Shown here piece after piece: positions 21,419 through 37,881 of a stretch of DNA of 64,000 nt (positions within the stretch are counted from its first letter, which is position 1; each line of letters opens with the position of its first letter). The DNA is taken from NCBI GenBank assembly GCA_000320545.1, contig ADNK01000588.1:1-64000 (forward strand). The letters run 5' to 3'. The translations under genes and the position numbers were made by a program. Under the pieces are notes generated by a model that saw only the letters and a list, made by a program, of their open reading frames with translations, was not told the DNA's origin and did no database searches. This stretch comes from Bigelowiella natans CCMP2755 (taxonomy: Eukaryota > Protista > Cercozoa).

Positions 21419-21627
21419 AGAGAGAGAGAGAGGGGGGGCGGGGGCGGGAGAGGGAAGAAACAGTCGTTCTCCGAACAACTAAAGCAATGCGATCTCATCT
21501 CATACATACGTCCGAGTCGTTCTTGCGAGGCAGCAGATCCTCGCCGCCGTGCGCATCCAGGTACTTGTTGCGCGGCATCAGCGTCTGATGGAGAACAGCA
21601 TGAATAAGGTTTGATGCGGGGGAGGAG

Positions 21628-21660
<33 letters not shown>

Positions 21661-21776
21661 AAGGCGATGACAGATGAGGTCAGATTCTGTGACGAATGCG
21701 AGAAAAATGGATGTTTGAACTACCCGCCCGTGTCCGATGAGGTGGCGTTTCAGCCGATGCGTCGGCAGGCTGTGGA

Positions 21777-21822
<46 letters not shown>

Positions 21823-24800
21823 AGAATTTTATACAGATTTGTGGTCTTGATGTTTGTTACAGCACAATGAAGATAAGAGGTTTTATTTCCTCCTCGCTCT
21901 CGCTCTCTATCTCTCTTGCCCGCCCGCCCCCCGCTTTCGCTCCCCCCTTTTCGCACCCGGCCCTCTTTAGCTGTGCCTCCACCTCATCCCAAGTCCATAT
22001 CCTACAATCGGGAGGGGGGGGGGGGGAGACATCAGGCATTCACACTGAGGAAGGAGTAACACGGCAGCTCACACACAAATCGTCGTACACTTCAAATCAT
22101 CGCCATGCGGTATTCTCTCGAACGTGCTGCTGTTGCTGATGGTGATATGGGCTCTGTAGCGACCGTTTGTTCCTTGGTGTGGGGGGATGATTCACTGACT
22201 TCATTCCATTACGCCTAGCTGTGACATACAGTAATACGAAAAGACCAAACCAGATCAGATGGCCATTCTAGGCAAGAGAGGGGGGGCAGGATTATTCGCG
22301 GATGCACTGTAGGCAAGTAAAGCAGTATCATCATCGTCATCACTATCGTGGTAATTGTAATCTTTATGATAAGCATCATCCTCCTCCTCCTCCTCCTCCT
22401 CCTCCTCCTCCGCTCTCACACCATCAGCGCTCATCATCATCATCATCATCATCGTCGTCGTCGTCGTCGTCGTCGTCTAAGCTACATACAAATAATAAAT
22501 TGCTTGAACAAGAACCGGACTCGGTTCCTCATCTGGGGATCCAGCATGGCGAACACCTTCTCGCGCTATAACCAAATTGGGGGAAAAAAAAGGGGGGGAG
22601 GGGGAATACAGAAAGAAGGAGGAAATGATGCAAGATGAGCTCATGAATGTATCATATTTCACCTCCACCGATCGTTTAAGCACTCACGCCGACGGCGTTC
22701 GCCATCGTCACTACTAAAATATCTATACTCTCTGTCTCTAAGCCTTTAACCACCATTATCGGATTCTCCGTCACCATCACCATCACCACCACCACCACCA
22801 CCATCGCCATTTTAATACCTGGAAGCTGTTGATGCGATCCAGATATTCCATGCTGCTCATTTCGTTTTGCAGGGCCTATTATTATTCGAGCGGGTTTTGC
22901 CCACGCGTGCCCAAAATAGAGCAGGAGCTTATCATATCTCCATCCCAACACGTTCTCTCTCCACTCATCATCACTACTATAACCATCGTAGTCATCATCG
23001 TCATCATCACTGACACCACCGCTATTGTCGCTAGAAGCCCCCCCCCCGGTTTCTCCCCTCCCCCCTCCTTCTTCGGAGTATTACTTTGTTTGCCTCTTCG
23101 ATTTGCCAGGCTGTGAGCGGCTCGTCCATGCCAGTGATATTGAATGCTCTTCGCTCGGCCTGGAGGGACGGTGCACAAACGAAATAGAGAAGAAGAAGAA
23201 GAAGAAGAAGAAGGAGAAGAAAAAAGGGCGGAGGGAATAATGACACAGAAGCCCATGCGATGCGCGCGAGTATTGAAGAAGATCTATCGCTGCTAATCGT
23301 TGTGAACATCATCGAGAGGCATTGTGCTCAGAGAACGCATTTGGTCTGCTCATGAAGCAAAGGGACGTCGGGTAGGAAGTGGGGGAGAAGGCTGCCGCGG
23401 CGACCAGTCGAAATGCAGCAGAAACAGAGGAAGAAGACTAATAAGAGGCAAGAAAGGGAGGAAAGGAATTCGGGCCCAGCCACTAAGAACAACACCATCA
23501 AGTAAAGAGCGGCAGCATTAAAGGGGAGGAAAGCCCCCCCCTGCTGCTGTGCTCACCCCCCCCCCCCCCCCTGATAGCCGCACCGGAATAACGAATCCCA
23601 CGGCGTCACACATCATTTGTAAAATATCTGTGTTGCGTGGTTTTGTTGTGATTCGCCGGATTGAAGCCATAGGGTGGGGGCGTCCCTTCGTCCAACACAA
23701 GAAGGACGGGGACGTGAAGAGAATAACTGATGATACTGCTAATAATGACCCCCACGTCCCTCTTCCATCACCCCCCTTCTCTCTCCCCTCTTCCTTGTTC
23801 ATACGCCGCGGTCGTCTGTCGGCGCCATCGGCTGCTTCTCTCCTCTTCCCCTCCGCTTTACTACGGTCCTTTCCTCGTTCGGATTTTCGCCGAAATTACG
23901 TTTTCATCATCGCACACCCTCGTCGGTTTTTTTGGGTGTAGGCGCGAGTGGGGGCGGGGGTAAGAGGGGGAGGTGGGAGGGGGAGGGGGGGGTCAGGACC
24001 TGAAGCTCTTCGTACTCAGACTCAGGAATGCTCGACGTGTCGAAGTCGGCGTCCAGTGACTGGGCAAAAACAAAAGCCGTCATCATGCCGAGTTGTTGCA
24101 TGGTTCGTAATGGGGACAGTGACAGAAGTACCGTGTACACCTCGTTGCCATCGACATCCTGCATCACTTCGTACCTGGGCAGGGAGGGAGGGCAATAAAA
24201 CAATGGATCTTGTTTTTTTGGCTATGGCTGTGGAATGTTCCTCGACTCGCGAGGTGAAAATGGCGGATCGCTCCTAGTGTGCAACAGGGCTCACCTTTTT
24301 TTCTTATCCTTTATCGATTCCTCTGTAGCCTTTACAATCCCCAAATGTTCCGCTTCCTTCTCCCCCAGGTCCAGGACTTTTTCACGGGGGGGCACCGCTG
24401 GGACGCTTCGTGCGTCGAACACCTCGTTGAGAGTGGGGGGGAGGAGAAAGGGTGCAGCAATCGCAGGGACAAAGGCATCAACAAAAGATGAGAACGATCA
24501 ACAGTTCCATGAGCTTCCCCTCTTTACTGATGATACCTTGACTTGCGGTTTTGGAACTTTGGCCAGTGCAGGGACACTGTTCAATGAGCTGCTCCTGCTT
24601 CTCTTCGAACCAAACGATGGGGGAGCGGTGCCCCTGAGGTGTATCTTAGGGGATTCTGTTTGCCAGGCCAGGAAGAACGCAAAGGCAAGGAGGACGGCCT
24701 TCTCGCGGCTGAGCACGCAAGCTCCCCGGCGGCTGGATTCGCCGGGCCCCATCGTCGGGGAGCTTTGCTGGAAGACCCGGCCGAAATTATCCGAAATGCG

Positions 24801-25082
24801 CACTTTTGCAATGTCGCACATATGAGTCCCAGAGGGATCAAAGAGGTTCCCTTTTCGTCGAGCGGAATTGCATTTCATGTTCTGTCGTAGGAAAAAATTC
24901 CATGGTGTTTTTAATGATCGTCTCAGAATAGCGACTTTGGGCATGCGACATGAACAAGAAGTAGAGGCTGATGCGAGACTGCTTGAATTTTCGTTGACGG
25001 AACACTCTGTGAAACTTCTCTTCGGCGGGGGATTTACCGATAATACGTCTGTCGCCCTCCCGCATTTTCTCCAAAACGGCAT
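20623..25082 (-). CDS. Hypothetical multi-exon protein; possible hydrophobic leader if it starts near 24752
   Basis: Coding-like blocks flanked by GT/AG between microsatellite introns, e.g. YEVMQDVDGNEVYTVLLS, SLEYNADIHIVAVLRIFVTF and DILADEGTKGN. No family recognised. Confidence 0.45.
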
Positions 25083-25237
25083 GCTATTTACCCATGATCA
25101 GCGGTGATGTCATTTTCGCCTACGACGTGATCATCGTGCTCCAGCTTTTGCGGAAGCGTGGATCTCCCTCTCCCCCGCTCTATCACAACTGAAAAGAATC
25201 AAGAAATCGCAGCACGCAGCACCTCCAATCAACAATT

Positions 25238-25777
25238 ATGGGACAAGCAATAAGTAACGTCTGGAAGAAGTTCTTCGCCAACAAGGAGATGCAAATACTA
25301 ATGCTCGGGCTCGACGCCGCGGGAAAGACCACGGTGCTCTACAAGCTGAAACTCGGTGAAGTGGTTACGACCATCCCGACAATCGGCTTCTGCCTCGAGA
25401 CTGTTGAGTACAAGAACATCAACATGAATGTTTGGGATGTGGGCGGGCAGCAAAAGATCCGTCCCCTTTGGCGTCATTACTATCAAAACACAGAGGGACT
25501 TATCTTCGTCGTCGATTCAACCGACAAGGAGCGTCTGGAGGAGTCAAAAGAGGAGCTGGACAAGATGTTCCAAGAGGATAAGTTGAGGGACGCAGCTGTC
25601 TTGGTCTTTGCAAACAAACAGGATCTTCCCGGGGCTCTCAATGTAAAGCAAATCACGGAGGGGTTAGGACTTGACAAGCTGCGTCGTCGTTGGTATGTTC
25701 AAGGAACCTGCGCGACGTCAGGGGATGGACTTTATGAAGGACTAGACTGGCTTGCCTCCGCTGTCAGTAAGAAATAA
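25238..25777 (+). CDS. ADP-ribosylation factor (Arf1-like), intronless
   Basis: MG start, [25 protein letters not shown] and CAT motifs in a single 179-aa ORF. Confidence 0.95.
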   Translation: MGQAISNVWKKFFANKEMQILMLGLDAAGKTTVLYKLKLGEVVTTIPTIGFCLETVEYKNINMNVWDVGGQQKIRPLWRHYYQNTEGLIFVVDSTDKERLEESKEELDKMFQEDKLRDAAVLVFANKQDLPGALNVKQITEGLGLDKLRRRWYVQGTCATSGDGLYEGLDWLASAVSKK

Positions 25778-26495
25778 TGAATCTACTCTCAATGTCACTC
25801 AGCGGTAGAGGCAGAGCAAGCATGAAATCAGCAAAGAAAGACAACTGCCACACATGACCATATCCAATGAAAATGCAGAAAAGTGTTGGCAACAAACAGT
25901 TAATTAGAATAGCGAATAATTACGAGAAATAAACTTCTGTGCAAACGATAGACGTGAGAGGGAGTAGCGTATAGCTACGACTCAATGCAGACTCCTGGTC
26001 ATATCGTATGTCAACGTGAAGAAATTGTAAAGATCTACTACAAAGTGAGATATGCTAAGATTATCATTATGAAGTGTTCATGTATGATATTTATTCGTGA
26101 ATCTATATACAATAAGTAGCCTATTATCACGCGTGTAAATATTCAAGCCACTGTACCAAACAAAAATATTGCATGTAAAATGCGTGCATGATTCGATAAC
26201 ACGATTGCCTCGCGCATGCGCCCTACATCACAATAATTACATTAATGAGCGCGATATAAATGCATTTAAACATTTCATTACATCCGTCTCATAAATACAC
26301 TTACGCACCAAAGTCTACGCAATTTGCGATCGCCACAGCGCGCCCATGTATGTCATCATGCACAGCGTACGATTCGTACATCGTAACAATTGAGATTCCG
26401 CGCGCTTGACGCAAGATATCCAAAATGCTACAGCCGCCGCCGCAGCTTCACATTGATGACCGCCAATGCTTGCTACACAAGGTGATTATGTGCAT

Positions 26496-26533
<38 letters not shown>

Positions 26534-26672
26534 GGATGTATACATGCTATGTACACACAGATTGTACAACGCCATCCGTCATTTTATTGAGGTGGTAGAT
26601 GTATGTATTGCTGGAGAGTGCACACGCACCGCACATACGGCTGCGAACACTGATGATGGCATGTAATCACAT

Positions 26673-29589
<2,917 letters not shown>

Positions 29590-30014
29590 GTCCGATTATT
29601 GACCAAAATTGGTCCCCTCAGCCGCCAGGGGGGAGTTGGGGGGGGGGAGGGCGGAAGCTGCTCCCGTCTCGTTGCTTGGAAAGTTGGAAATCACATTTTC
29701 TTTAAATGCTCTAATACAGGCCATTTTTAGATATATTTTCGGTTATTTCTTTGTCGCAGGTCTTAAATGGAGGGAGCCGCTCGCGGAATCGCTCGCCACT
29801 GGTCCAGATCGATCTACATGTGTAACTTGTTCTTTCGGGAGTTACGCTTCTAATAATTACCAGATTCCAACTTCCCTCCCCCCCCCCCCTCTCCCCCAAT
29901 ATGCACCGAATGTGACACGTGAGTGTTCATCGCGTCTCTGCTGTTGGTCATTCGGAACACTGCTGCGCTGTTTTATTTTTGGGGAGAGTTATTCTTGGGG
30001 CCCCGGCGGTCCGA

Positions 30015-31187
30015 ATGGGGGGACGAAGCGCTTTTTTGCCGCTGCTCTTGCTTGGGCTCGGGATCGTGGGGGGGGCCAAAAAGCAGCGTAGCAAAGCGGG
30101 AGCTAGTGACTACTGCGTCATTGGGGCGGGTCCCGCCGGTGTCCAAATAGCCTATTTCCTCCAGAAAGCATCCCTCAGCTACGTCGTCTTTGAGAGGGAG
30201 TGGGAGCCAGCCAGCACATTCAGGAAATACCCGCGCCATGGACGCTTGATCTCAATCAACAAGCGCTACACGGGGCGCAACGGCTCCGAGTCGCAGGCGC
30301 ATCGAGAGTACAATCTGCGGCACGACTGGCACTCCTTCCTCACCACCACCGCCGAGCCCGCAGCAGGGGGGGATGCGGCCGATGCGGGGGTTGATGAAGA
30401 TCTGCCCACTTTCCAGCAATTCTCCGAGAGATACTTCCCCCTTGCGGAAGAGTACGTGGCCTATGTCACCGAGTTCGTTCGACGCACAAAACCTCGAATC
30501 AAGTTTGGCCGCAACATCGCCGACGTCCGCCGCGTCAGGAGAAGTCACCCTATCAACGGGAACATCACGGCAGCAGCCGCCAACATGGAAGGGGGTGCAG
30601 CAGCAGCAGCACCACCACCACCACCAAAAGGGCATGAGAGCGACGGCAACGAGGGAGACGAGCTCTACCACTTCCAGCTCCGCGTTGAAACGCTGCCACG
30701 ACAAAGGAGACGGAGGCCCAATAAAAACGGGGTTGTGGTGACGGAGGGAAGAGGGGCTATTAAGAATGAGAAAGCAAAAGAGGAGGAGGGGGAGGGGGAA
30801 GAGGGGGGGGCACACCGCAAAAATAACCTGCCCCTGTCGCAGCAGAAATGGTATTGCAAACGATTACTAGTCGCCAGCGGCATGCAGAAGGAGACAAGTC
30901 CCTGGTGGAACGGTGTGGAATTGACAACTAGCTATGGGAACCACGATATCGACCCTTCGCATTACCGTAACAAGACCGTCGCGGTTGTTGGGGGGGGGAA
31001 CTCTGCGTTCGAGGTGATAGGGGCGATCATGGGAGAGGCGGCCAGCATTCGCCAGTGCGTACTGTTAGATCAGCACAATCCCAACGAGAGTGTAAATATA
31101 TCTCCTCTCTTCTTGTCCCACACACACACACACACACACACACGCATACACACACACGCACGCAGAGAAAATGACAGCGATGAAGCG

Positions 31188-31236
<49 letters not shown>

Positions 31237-31721
31237 CTGGGAGATTGAATCAACACCTATATTTTATCCCCCCGCCCCTCCCCCCTTTTTTTTGTTAAAC
31301 CAAAAATCCTTCTCTCCACCCATGCAGGTATGCCCGGGAGAGAAACATGGCTGAGAACACCCACTATCCGGGGTCGCTTCGATCGGCCAACGGTGCCGCA
31401 CTAGACAACGAGCCGGTGCTGCGCACACAAGACGCCTTCTTCCTGCACCCATTTCCCCTCCGCCATATCAGCATTGAGCGGGAAAGCTACCAGGGAGAGG
31501 AAAAGATCTGCCTTAAACCCTCCGAAGGGAAGAGGAAGAAGAATGACACAGGGTCATGGTTGGGTCGGGTGGAGGAGGCGCTGCTGCGGCGACGGCGGCA
31601 CTGCTTCGATGTGATTATTCGTTGCCTCGGCTTTGCGTTCGATCCTGCGGTGCTGGGGGGGCTGGCGAGGCGCCTCCAGTTCAAAACCCAGAATCAGATA
31701 CCCAAGTGCGTGACTGTGTGC

Positions 31722-31752
<31 letters not shown>

Positions 31753-32451
31753 TGTGTGTGTGTGGAGATAGAGATAGAGAGAGAGTGAGAGCGAGAGAGG
31801 TAGGTAACAGTGTTACATATTAAAAAAAATCCTAGTCCGTCCTCTCTAACCCCTGCCCCCCTTCCCCTCCTTTCTGTAAACATGCTCCTGCAGATACCCT
31901 AGCATCAACAATCGTTTTGAGGCCTCGGGGCTCCCCCACCTCTTCTTCCTCGGGTCCAACGCACATGCGCTCGACTTCAAGGAATCGTCGGGGGGGCTGG
32001 TGCATGGTTTCCGCTACCAAGTCAGTAATTTCTCCTCATTGTGTAAACGTTTGGTAGCAGTAGCGGCTATTTGTCATCGTCGCAGTGATGGTGGTGATGA
32101 TGATAAATTATAGGTAGTAAGGAAGGGGGAGGAGGGGGAGGGGAGGAGGATTCTCCACTAGCGCTTGAGCGATCATTCTGCCGATCTTCATGATTCAGCT
32201 GCTTACCCCCCACCCCCTGTTTTGTTTACTACCCGCCGCTGCGCTGTTGCGCATAGATCTTGAATCTCTTCCGGCATCTCCGGAGGCGATATCATGGGGT
32301 GCCTTGGCCGCATAAGACCCTCACGCTTGGCGAGGACTTCAAGCAACATCTCATCTATCGATACGGTGAGCGTTTGCGTTGAGTTGTGCGTGGGGAAGAA
32401 AGACGGCACGAGCAAGGGTTGGGGGGGTGGGTGTATTATATGATTCATACT

Positions 32452-32496
<45 letters not shown>

Positions 32497-33462
32497 AGTG
32501 TTATAGTGTGTATAATACAATACTCTAAGATATACACACCATCGCCATACGTTAACCACTGGCGGCCATAACTTCTCGCTTTTCCTTTTTTTGTTCTGTT
32601 GTCCCTCCACCCTCCCCCCCTGCTCCTCGCCGCAAACCCCCCCTTCGCCATCCTCCATTGCTTCCTTAGGCACGGCCTCCTCTCTCTACCAGATGTTTGG
32701 CGTGCAATGTGACGTCGCAGTCATCACGTCGCGTGAGGGGGGGGGGGAAGTCGTTTATTTGTACGATGTGGTGGAACAGGATATCGACGCGTTTCTTCGA
32801 GACATTTTTGCTCCCTCCCCCCCCCCAACCGAGTACCTAACGCTCTCGTTCGAGTACATGCCGGAGATTGAGAACAAACTAGTGTGGGGGAATAGCGGCT
32901 CGAAATACGCAAGTGACAATCCGGCAAAACCGCACAACAACCAGGTCGTCGTCGTCGTCGTCGGAGGAGGAGGAGGAGGAGGAGATGTGAGATGGGACAG
33001 CTGTTGCGGTGGCATGATAACATAGAATAAAATATGGCGTATTCACACGTGCATCAATCGCTGTGCTCATCAGTTTGTCCACCCTACAATACGCTACTGG
33101 AACAAGGAAGCGCCGGTCGCCTACAAGGTACACTGCTGCTTAAAGCCAAAGCTGCCTCCGCTCCCGTTGTCATCACACATGCGGCCTCGACACCGACGGC
33201 CATTGGAAAGTGGGATTGAATGCACGGATGTTGTTAATGACGCACGTGTTGTGTTCTTGCTATCTCCGTGTGTTTCTGTCTATGCGCGTAGAGTGTGGAG
33301 GCCTATGCGGAAGAGCAGCTTGTTCCGCGAGCGACGGCGGAGCTGTATCTAGTAGAGGACCTGAATCTCAACTATCGCAATCCAGTGCTGCACCTGCGGC
33401 CTCTTGACCGCTTCCTGCAGCGCATACGAACAGCTGCCATCGTCCGCCCTGATCCAGAGTGA
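30015..33462 (+). CDS. FOXRED2/ERFAD-like FAD-dependent oxidoreductase, copy B (7 exons)
   Basis: Signal peptide MGGRSAFLPLLLLG, DYCVIGAGPAG, YPRHGRLISINKRYTG, NLRHDW, GGGNSA, SSGGLVHGFRY, HLRPLDRFL, ending RPDPE*. Confidence 0.88.
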
Positions 33463-33514
33463 GCGACGTGACATGCTATAAGTTGTTATTGGTCTAAATG
33501 CCGTCTATAAATGT

Positions 33515-33554
<40 letters not shown>

Positions 33555-34211
33555 CCTTCTCAGTGGAGGGGACGCGAGTCTTTAGCCTTCATCAAGATCA
33601 GGATAGATTCTCTTCTTCAAATTTCCGAGCGAGCAGCGGCGTGTCATTATACATTATTATTCATTTACGATTATTTATGCTCGTCCCCCCCCCCCCCCCC
33701 CCCAGGTACTCGATGTCCTGGTTTTGCGATTGGTGCGAGGAGCCTGATCCTGCTTGGCGTGTTGCGTTGCGGAGACGCTGTGGCGATGACCGTCAAAACG
33801 GTGTATGCAAAGCATTGCTGTGACGAGAATACTATGAATGTACGTTGCCACGCAGCCTCAATTGAGCGACAAGTCACATCGTCATTGTTATAGAATTATT
33901 ACAGCGACCGAGCTATGTTATATTGCTTCGAATATATGTGTATAAATGCACTACATCATCAAAGCAACAATAACGTAGCTCTACTATGGCTGCTGATCGA
34001 ATGGCGTTAGCTGAATTAGCCGCAAGCGCGCGTGCTGCGCCCAGTGCATACAGGCAGCTGAACTAGTGAAGCTGCATGATTTCATGTATGTGACTAACGT
34101 ATAACACGGTTCCAGACACTGCATATAATTTATTAAGCGAATTTCGTGCATTGCTATATCTGACACATACAAGCAGCTTCTAGCTGGCTTTGAGGCCTCA
34201 TATATAGCTTC

Positions 34212-34412
34212 TCAGAAATTATACGTCTGTCGCGACCCTCCCTTGTTGAGCTTCTCAGTGCCCTTCCCCCAGGCGGCCTCTCCGACGCGTGACCTGAAGG
34301 AGGGAGAGCAGGGGGGGAGAAGATGGAGAGGGAGACCAACAGCATGGAACATGGTAAACACGAATATTTATGTGAAAATTAATGCAAACGCAAACATATA
34401 CTCACGCACTTG

Positions 34413-34494
<82 letters not shown>

Positions 34495-34577
34495 ACACCT
34501 TCGGTTTATATATATATATATATATGTACGTTTCAGGAAGAGCTTCTACGATGTCGTCCACGTGCTGCAATTGTACG

Positions 34578-34614
<37 letters not shown>

Positions 34615-34615
34615 T

Positions 34616-34671
<56 letters not shown>

Positions 34672-35066
34672 TGTGTGGAAGGAGAGGTCACTAGCTTTCC
34701 AATCAGCATCCATAAATGCACGAACAATTACATGATCCAGCTGGAAGCCCAGCGTGCGGTCAAAACCCTTAATCTCACCCAAGGTGTTATAAAGAGAGAC
34801 GAGGTAGGATGCGCCGCTGCCAGAATCACCAACAGCTGTTACGATATCCCTGGTGGCGGTATTGATGATGAGGGGGGAAAGGGAGGGTGATGAGTGAATG
34901 ATATGTAGTAGAAGATGCAGAAGGTGGAAATGAAGGTGGAGATGATGATTAGGACGCGGGGATTTGCTTCTTGGGTCAATAATTCCGAAAAGCAACAACC
35001 TGGCAAGATCTGTATTATTTGAGAGTTTGCTGTAGAGACTATGGTCCTCGTCCATCACGTAACTGA

Positions 35067-35107
<41 letters not shown>

Positions 35108-35116
35108 CAATATCAG

Positions 35117-35148
<32 letters not shown>

Positions 35149-35490
35149 TATTATTTATAATATTTGACGTACCTGAGCGCCCTCCCTTCGAAGATGCCCC
35201 CCCCTTCCCTGGAGGACTTGGCGAAGCCATACCTGCCACGGTGGGTCGCCGGCGTGGAGAAGACAGAGGGGGAGGGAGGCAGATGTAAGTTACATCGACG
35301 AAGATGATCATCAATGTAATGATGATAATGATAATGGTGATGATGATGATGAGGGAGGACGAAGAGAAACAAAAGGAAGAGATTGAGGCAAACGGCACTA
35401 GAACCATCATCACAACTACTCTCCGTATTACACAAAATGGCTCTTAATCAATCAATACAGCAGTGAAAACCAATCGCTTGCTAGAGGGAA

Positions 35491-35542
<52 letters not shown>

Positions 35543-37216
35543 CACACACACACACTGATTCGTCCCTATTAAACAGTTCCTCCTTCCCCCCGTGCAGAAT
35601 ATCCTCATCATCTGTGCATGCTTGTTATTACCAGTGCATTTTGGGAGTTTCCCCCTCTTCGGCGAGGTCGGCAATGGCCTGTTTCGAAAGAGTATCATCG
35701 AGAGGAGGTGAGGCAAGCAGCAGCAGCAGCAGCAGGAGGAGGAGGAGGGAGAGGAGGCTAGGATTCCACTAGAGGGTGATGATATTCTCTCTTAACGTCT
35801 TGTGCGACGATAACGTCGCTGCTGCTGCTGCTGATGATGATGATGATGTTGGTAGTCATCGTCGACACGATGAATGTCGTTGCTGGAGGGGGCGGGAAAA
35901 GGCTTCGTAGCTACCTGCATAGCCGCCTCGCGAGAGTCCTCAGGAACGCGGAGAAGATGCCTGTGTAATGTATTATACATAAATATTTCATAAATACGTT
36001 ATATCTCTGAAATGTACGGTAAAATGATGACCGACCACTAGACCCCTCCCCACCCCCTCTCTCAGCGAAAGTGAATCATTTGTGAGCCCCTGGGCAGCAT
36101 CGTGCATTGCGCACGCGCTGCATGATCATCATCATTATCGTTTGTATGTTCGTTATCATTTTCATTATCATTATCATCGAAGCAGCTATCGTGTACTACC
36201 CCCAGATCCACGCTCCATGTTCTCTCATCATCGTCAGCTTTCGCCCAGGTTTCTCCTTCGTCCCCCACCGCCCCTCGGAACGGGCATAGAATCGACGCAC
36301 GAACCCCTTCACCCACCTGTGCAATAGAGCGTTGTGTGCGTGTGTGCGTGCGCGTGCTCGATGGCAATGCAATAATATCACGGTCAACGGTAGAAGTGGC
36401 CGTCGTCATCTCATCGTCGCTGTCATCCGAAAACTCACCCGTCTCGCTTCTCAGCGATAGGAAAGCTCGGCTCCCACATCTCGCTTCCATAGGCGAAGAT
36501 CCACAGATCCTGGGAAAGTAGCATGTAGGATTAGCAGAGAATACAGTCTTTCGATGCCGCCTATCGCTGCTGCAGTGGCACCTTCTCGTTCCTGGCCATT
36601 TCTAGTGCGGCCTCGCCACAGATGGGCTCGATGATGTCGTCCTGGGTCGATTCGGTCCTCTCTAAGTTTTCCCTGGAAACAATGGGCGACGTCAGAAGAT
36701 ATTAGGCTCACACTACCAGCCCTCCCATCTCTACGGGGCCAAAAGGAAAACAATGCATTATTTGGTGAAACAACATATACAGCACACGAAGAAGTACCAG
36801 TCCCATTTGGGATCCCCGAGGATGACCTGCTCCATTTTCAATGTCGTATTTCTCTTTGTGTTCTTCATCCCTCGGAGCTCGCCTCCAAAGAACTGTTCGT
36901 CGTTTTCCATGAATACTTTTGTCCCTCTAGGCGTGAGAATCTCCCTCGTGCCGCTCGGGTATTCTCTTTGGGAAGGGGGGCAGACGCGCTGAAGCTGGTG
37001 CTGCATTCGAATATGCGGGGGGGCTTTCCCAAATGTTGTATGGCCGCTTCGCATCCTATTCCCGGCTGCTATTCGAGCTGTGCCGAGCCGTTGAGGGTTT
37101 ATTGAGGCTGCATAAAATATTACTACTAACAGAGCCGTGGCTGTCGTCACAATGGCTGCGTTGTTCGGGCTCAGACTGCGCCTAGGAGCTCCTACGCGCC
37201 TCGTATTGGTCCACAT
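34212..37216 (-). CDS. ChaC-like gamma-glutamylcyclotransferase with an N-terminal bipartite-like leader; ends approximate
   Basis: Exons encode DLWIFAYGSEMWEPSF, VKGFVRRFYARSEGRWGTKEKPGRKLT, SYVMDEDHSLY and IVTAVGDSGSGASYLVSLYNTL. The N-terminus has a hydrophobic stretch followed by an Arg-rich segment. Confidence 0.7.
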
Positions 37217-37633
37217 GTGTTTTTTCCAAAACTTCTTTCTTTCCGTGCTGAGGCCTGTGCAAGAACAGTATTTAGGATTTAGGCATAACTCACTGTAGTC
37301 TTGTGCGTCGAATACGCATCCCCCCCTCGACTTCATACTCTCCCCATCGCACAACAGCTCACAACCAGATTAAGCTGGCAATAAAATTAGTATATCGTTC
37401 CCCACACCCATGGCAAAACTTCCCCCCGAAATGAAGCTGCGAGCTAACCTTGGAAGTTTGGGGGGAGGCGGATGAGGTACCCTAGTTGACCTCGGAGTTT
37501 TATCAGAGACTCTCGACACTCTCCAACTCGCAGAACCGGTGGCAGAACCGGTTTTTTAATTTTTAAACAAGTAAAGATTGTCAAAAATTGTTGTAGCTTA
37601 TATAAATTTTCACTCTACTACAAGTAATTATTT

Positions 37634-37706
37634 GCCGGCGTAGCATAGTGGTTATTGCATCTCCTTCGTAAGGAGAGGGTCGGCCGTTCGAATCGGCTCG
37701 TCGGCT
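37634..37706 (+). tRNA. tRNA-Thr(CGT)
   Basis: Acceptor stem GCCGGCG/CGTCGGC, D-loop TAGTGG, anticodon arm TCTCC-TTCGTAA-GGAGA, T-loop GTTCGAATC, followed by a T-run Pol III terminator. Confidence 0.95.
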
Positions 37707-37881
37707 TTTTGCCCCAATTGGTGTCCTATTTTTGTAGAAGCGACAACCAGGAACTGAAGTCTCAATACCTAAAGATGCGGGGATATTACCTGAATGTTAG
37801 CGAATATCACCAAAGAGAAGTGATGCTGGCTCCCGGCCTCTCGAAAGCGGAGGCCTCCTTCGTGTGAGCGCGGGCGGGGCA

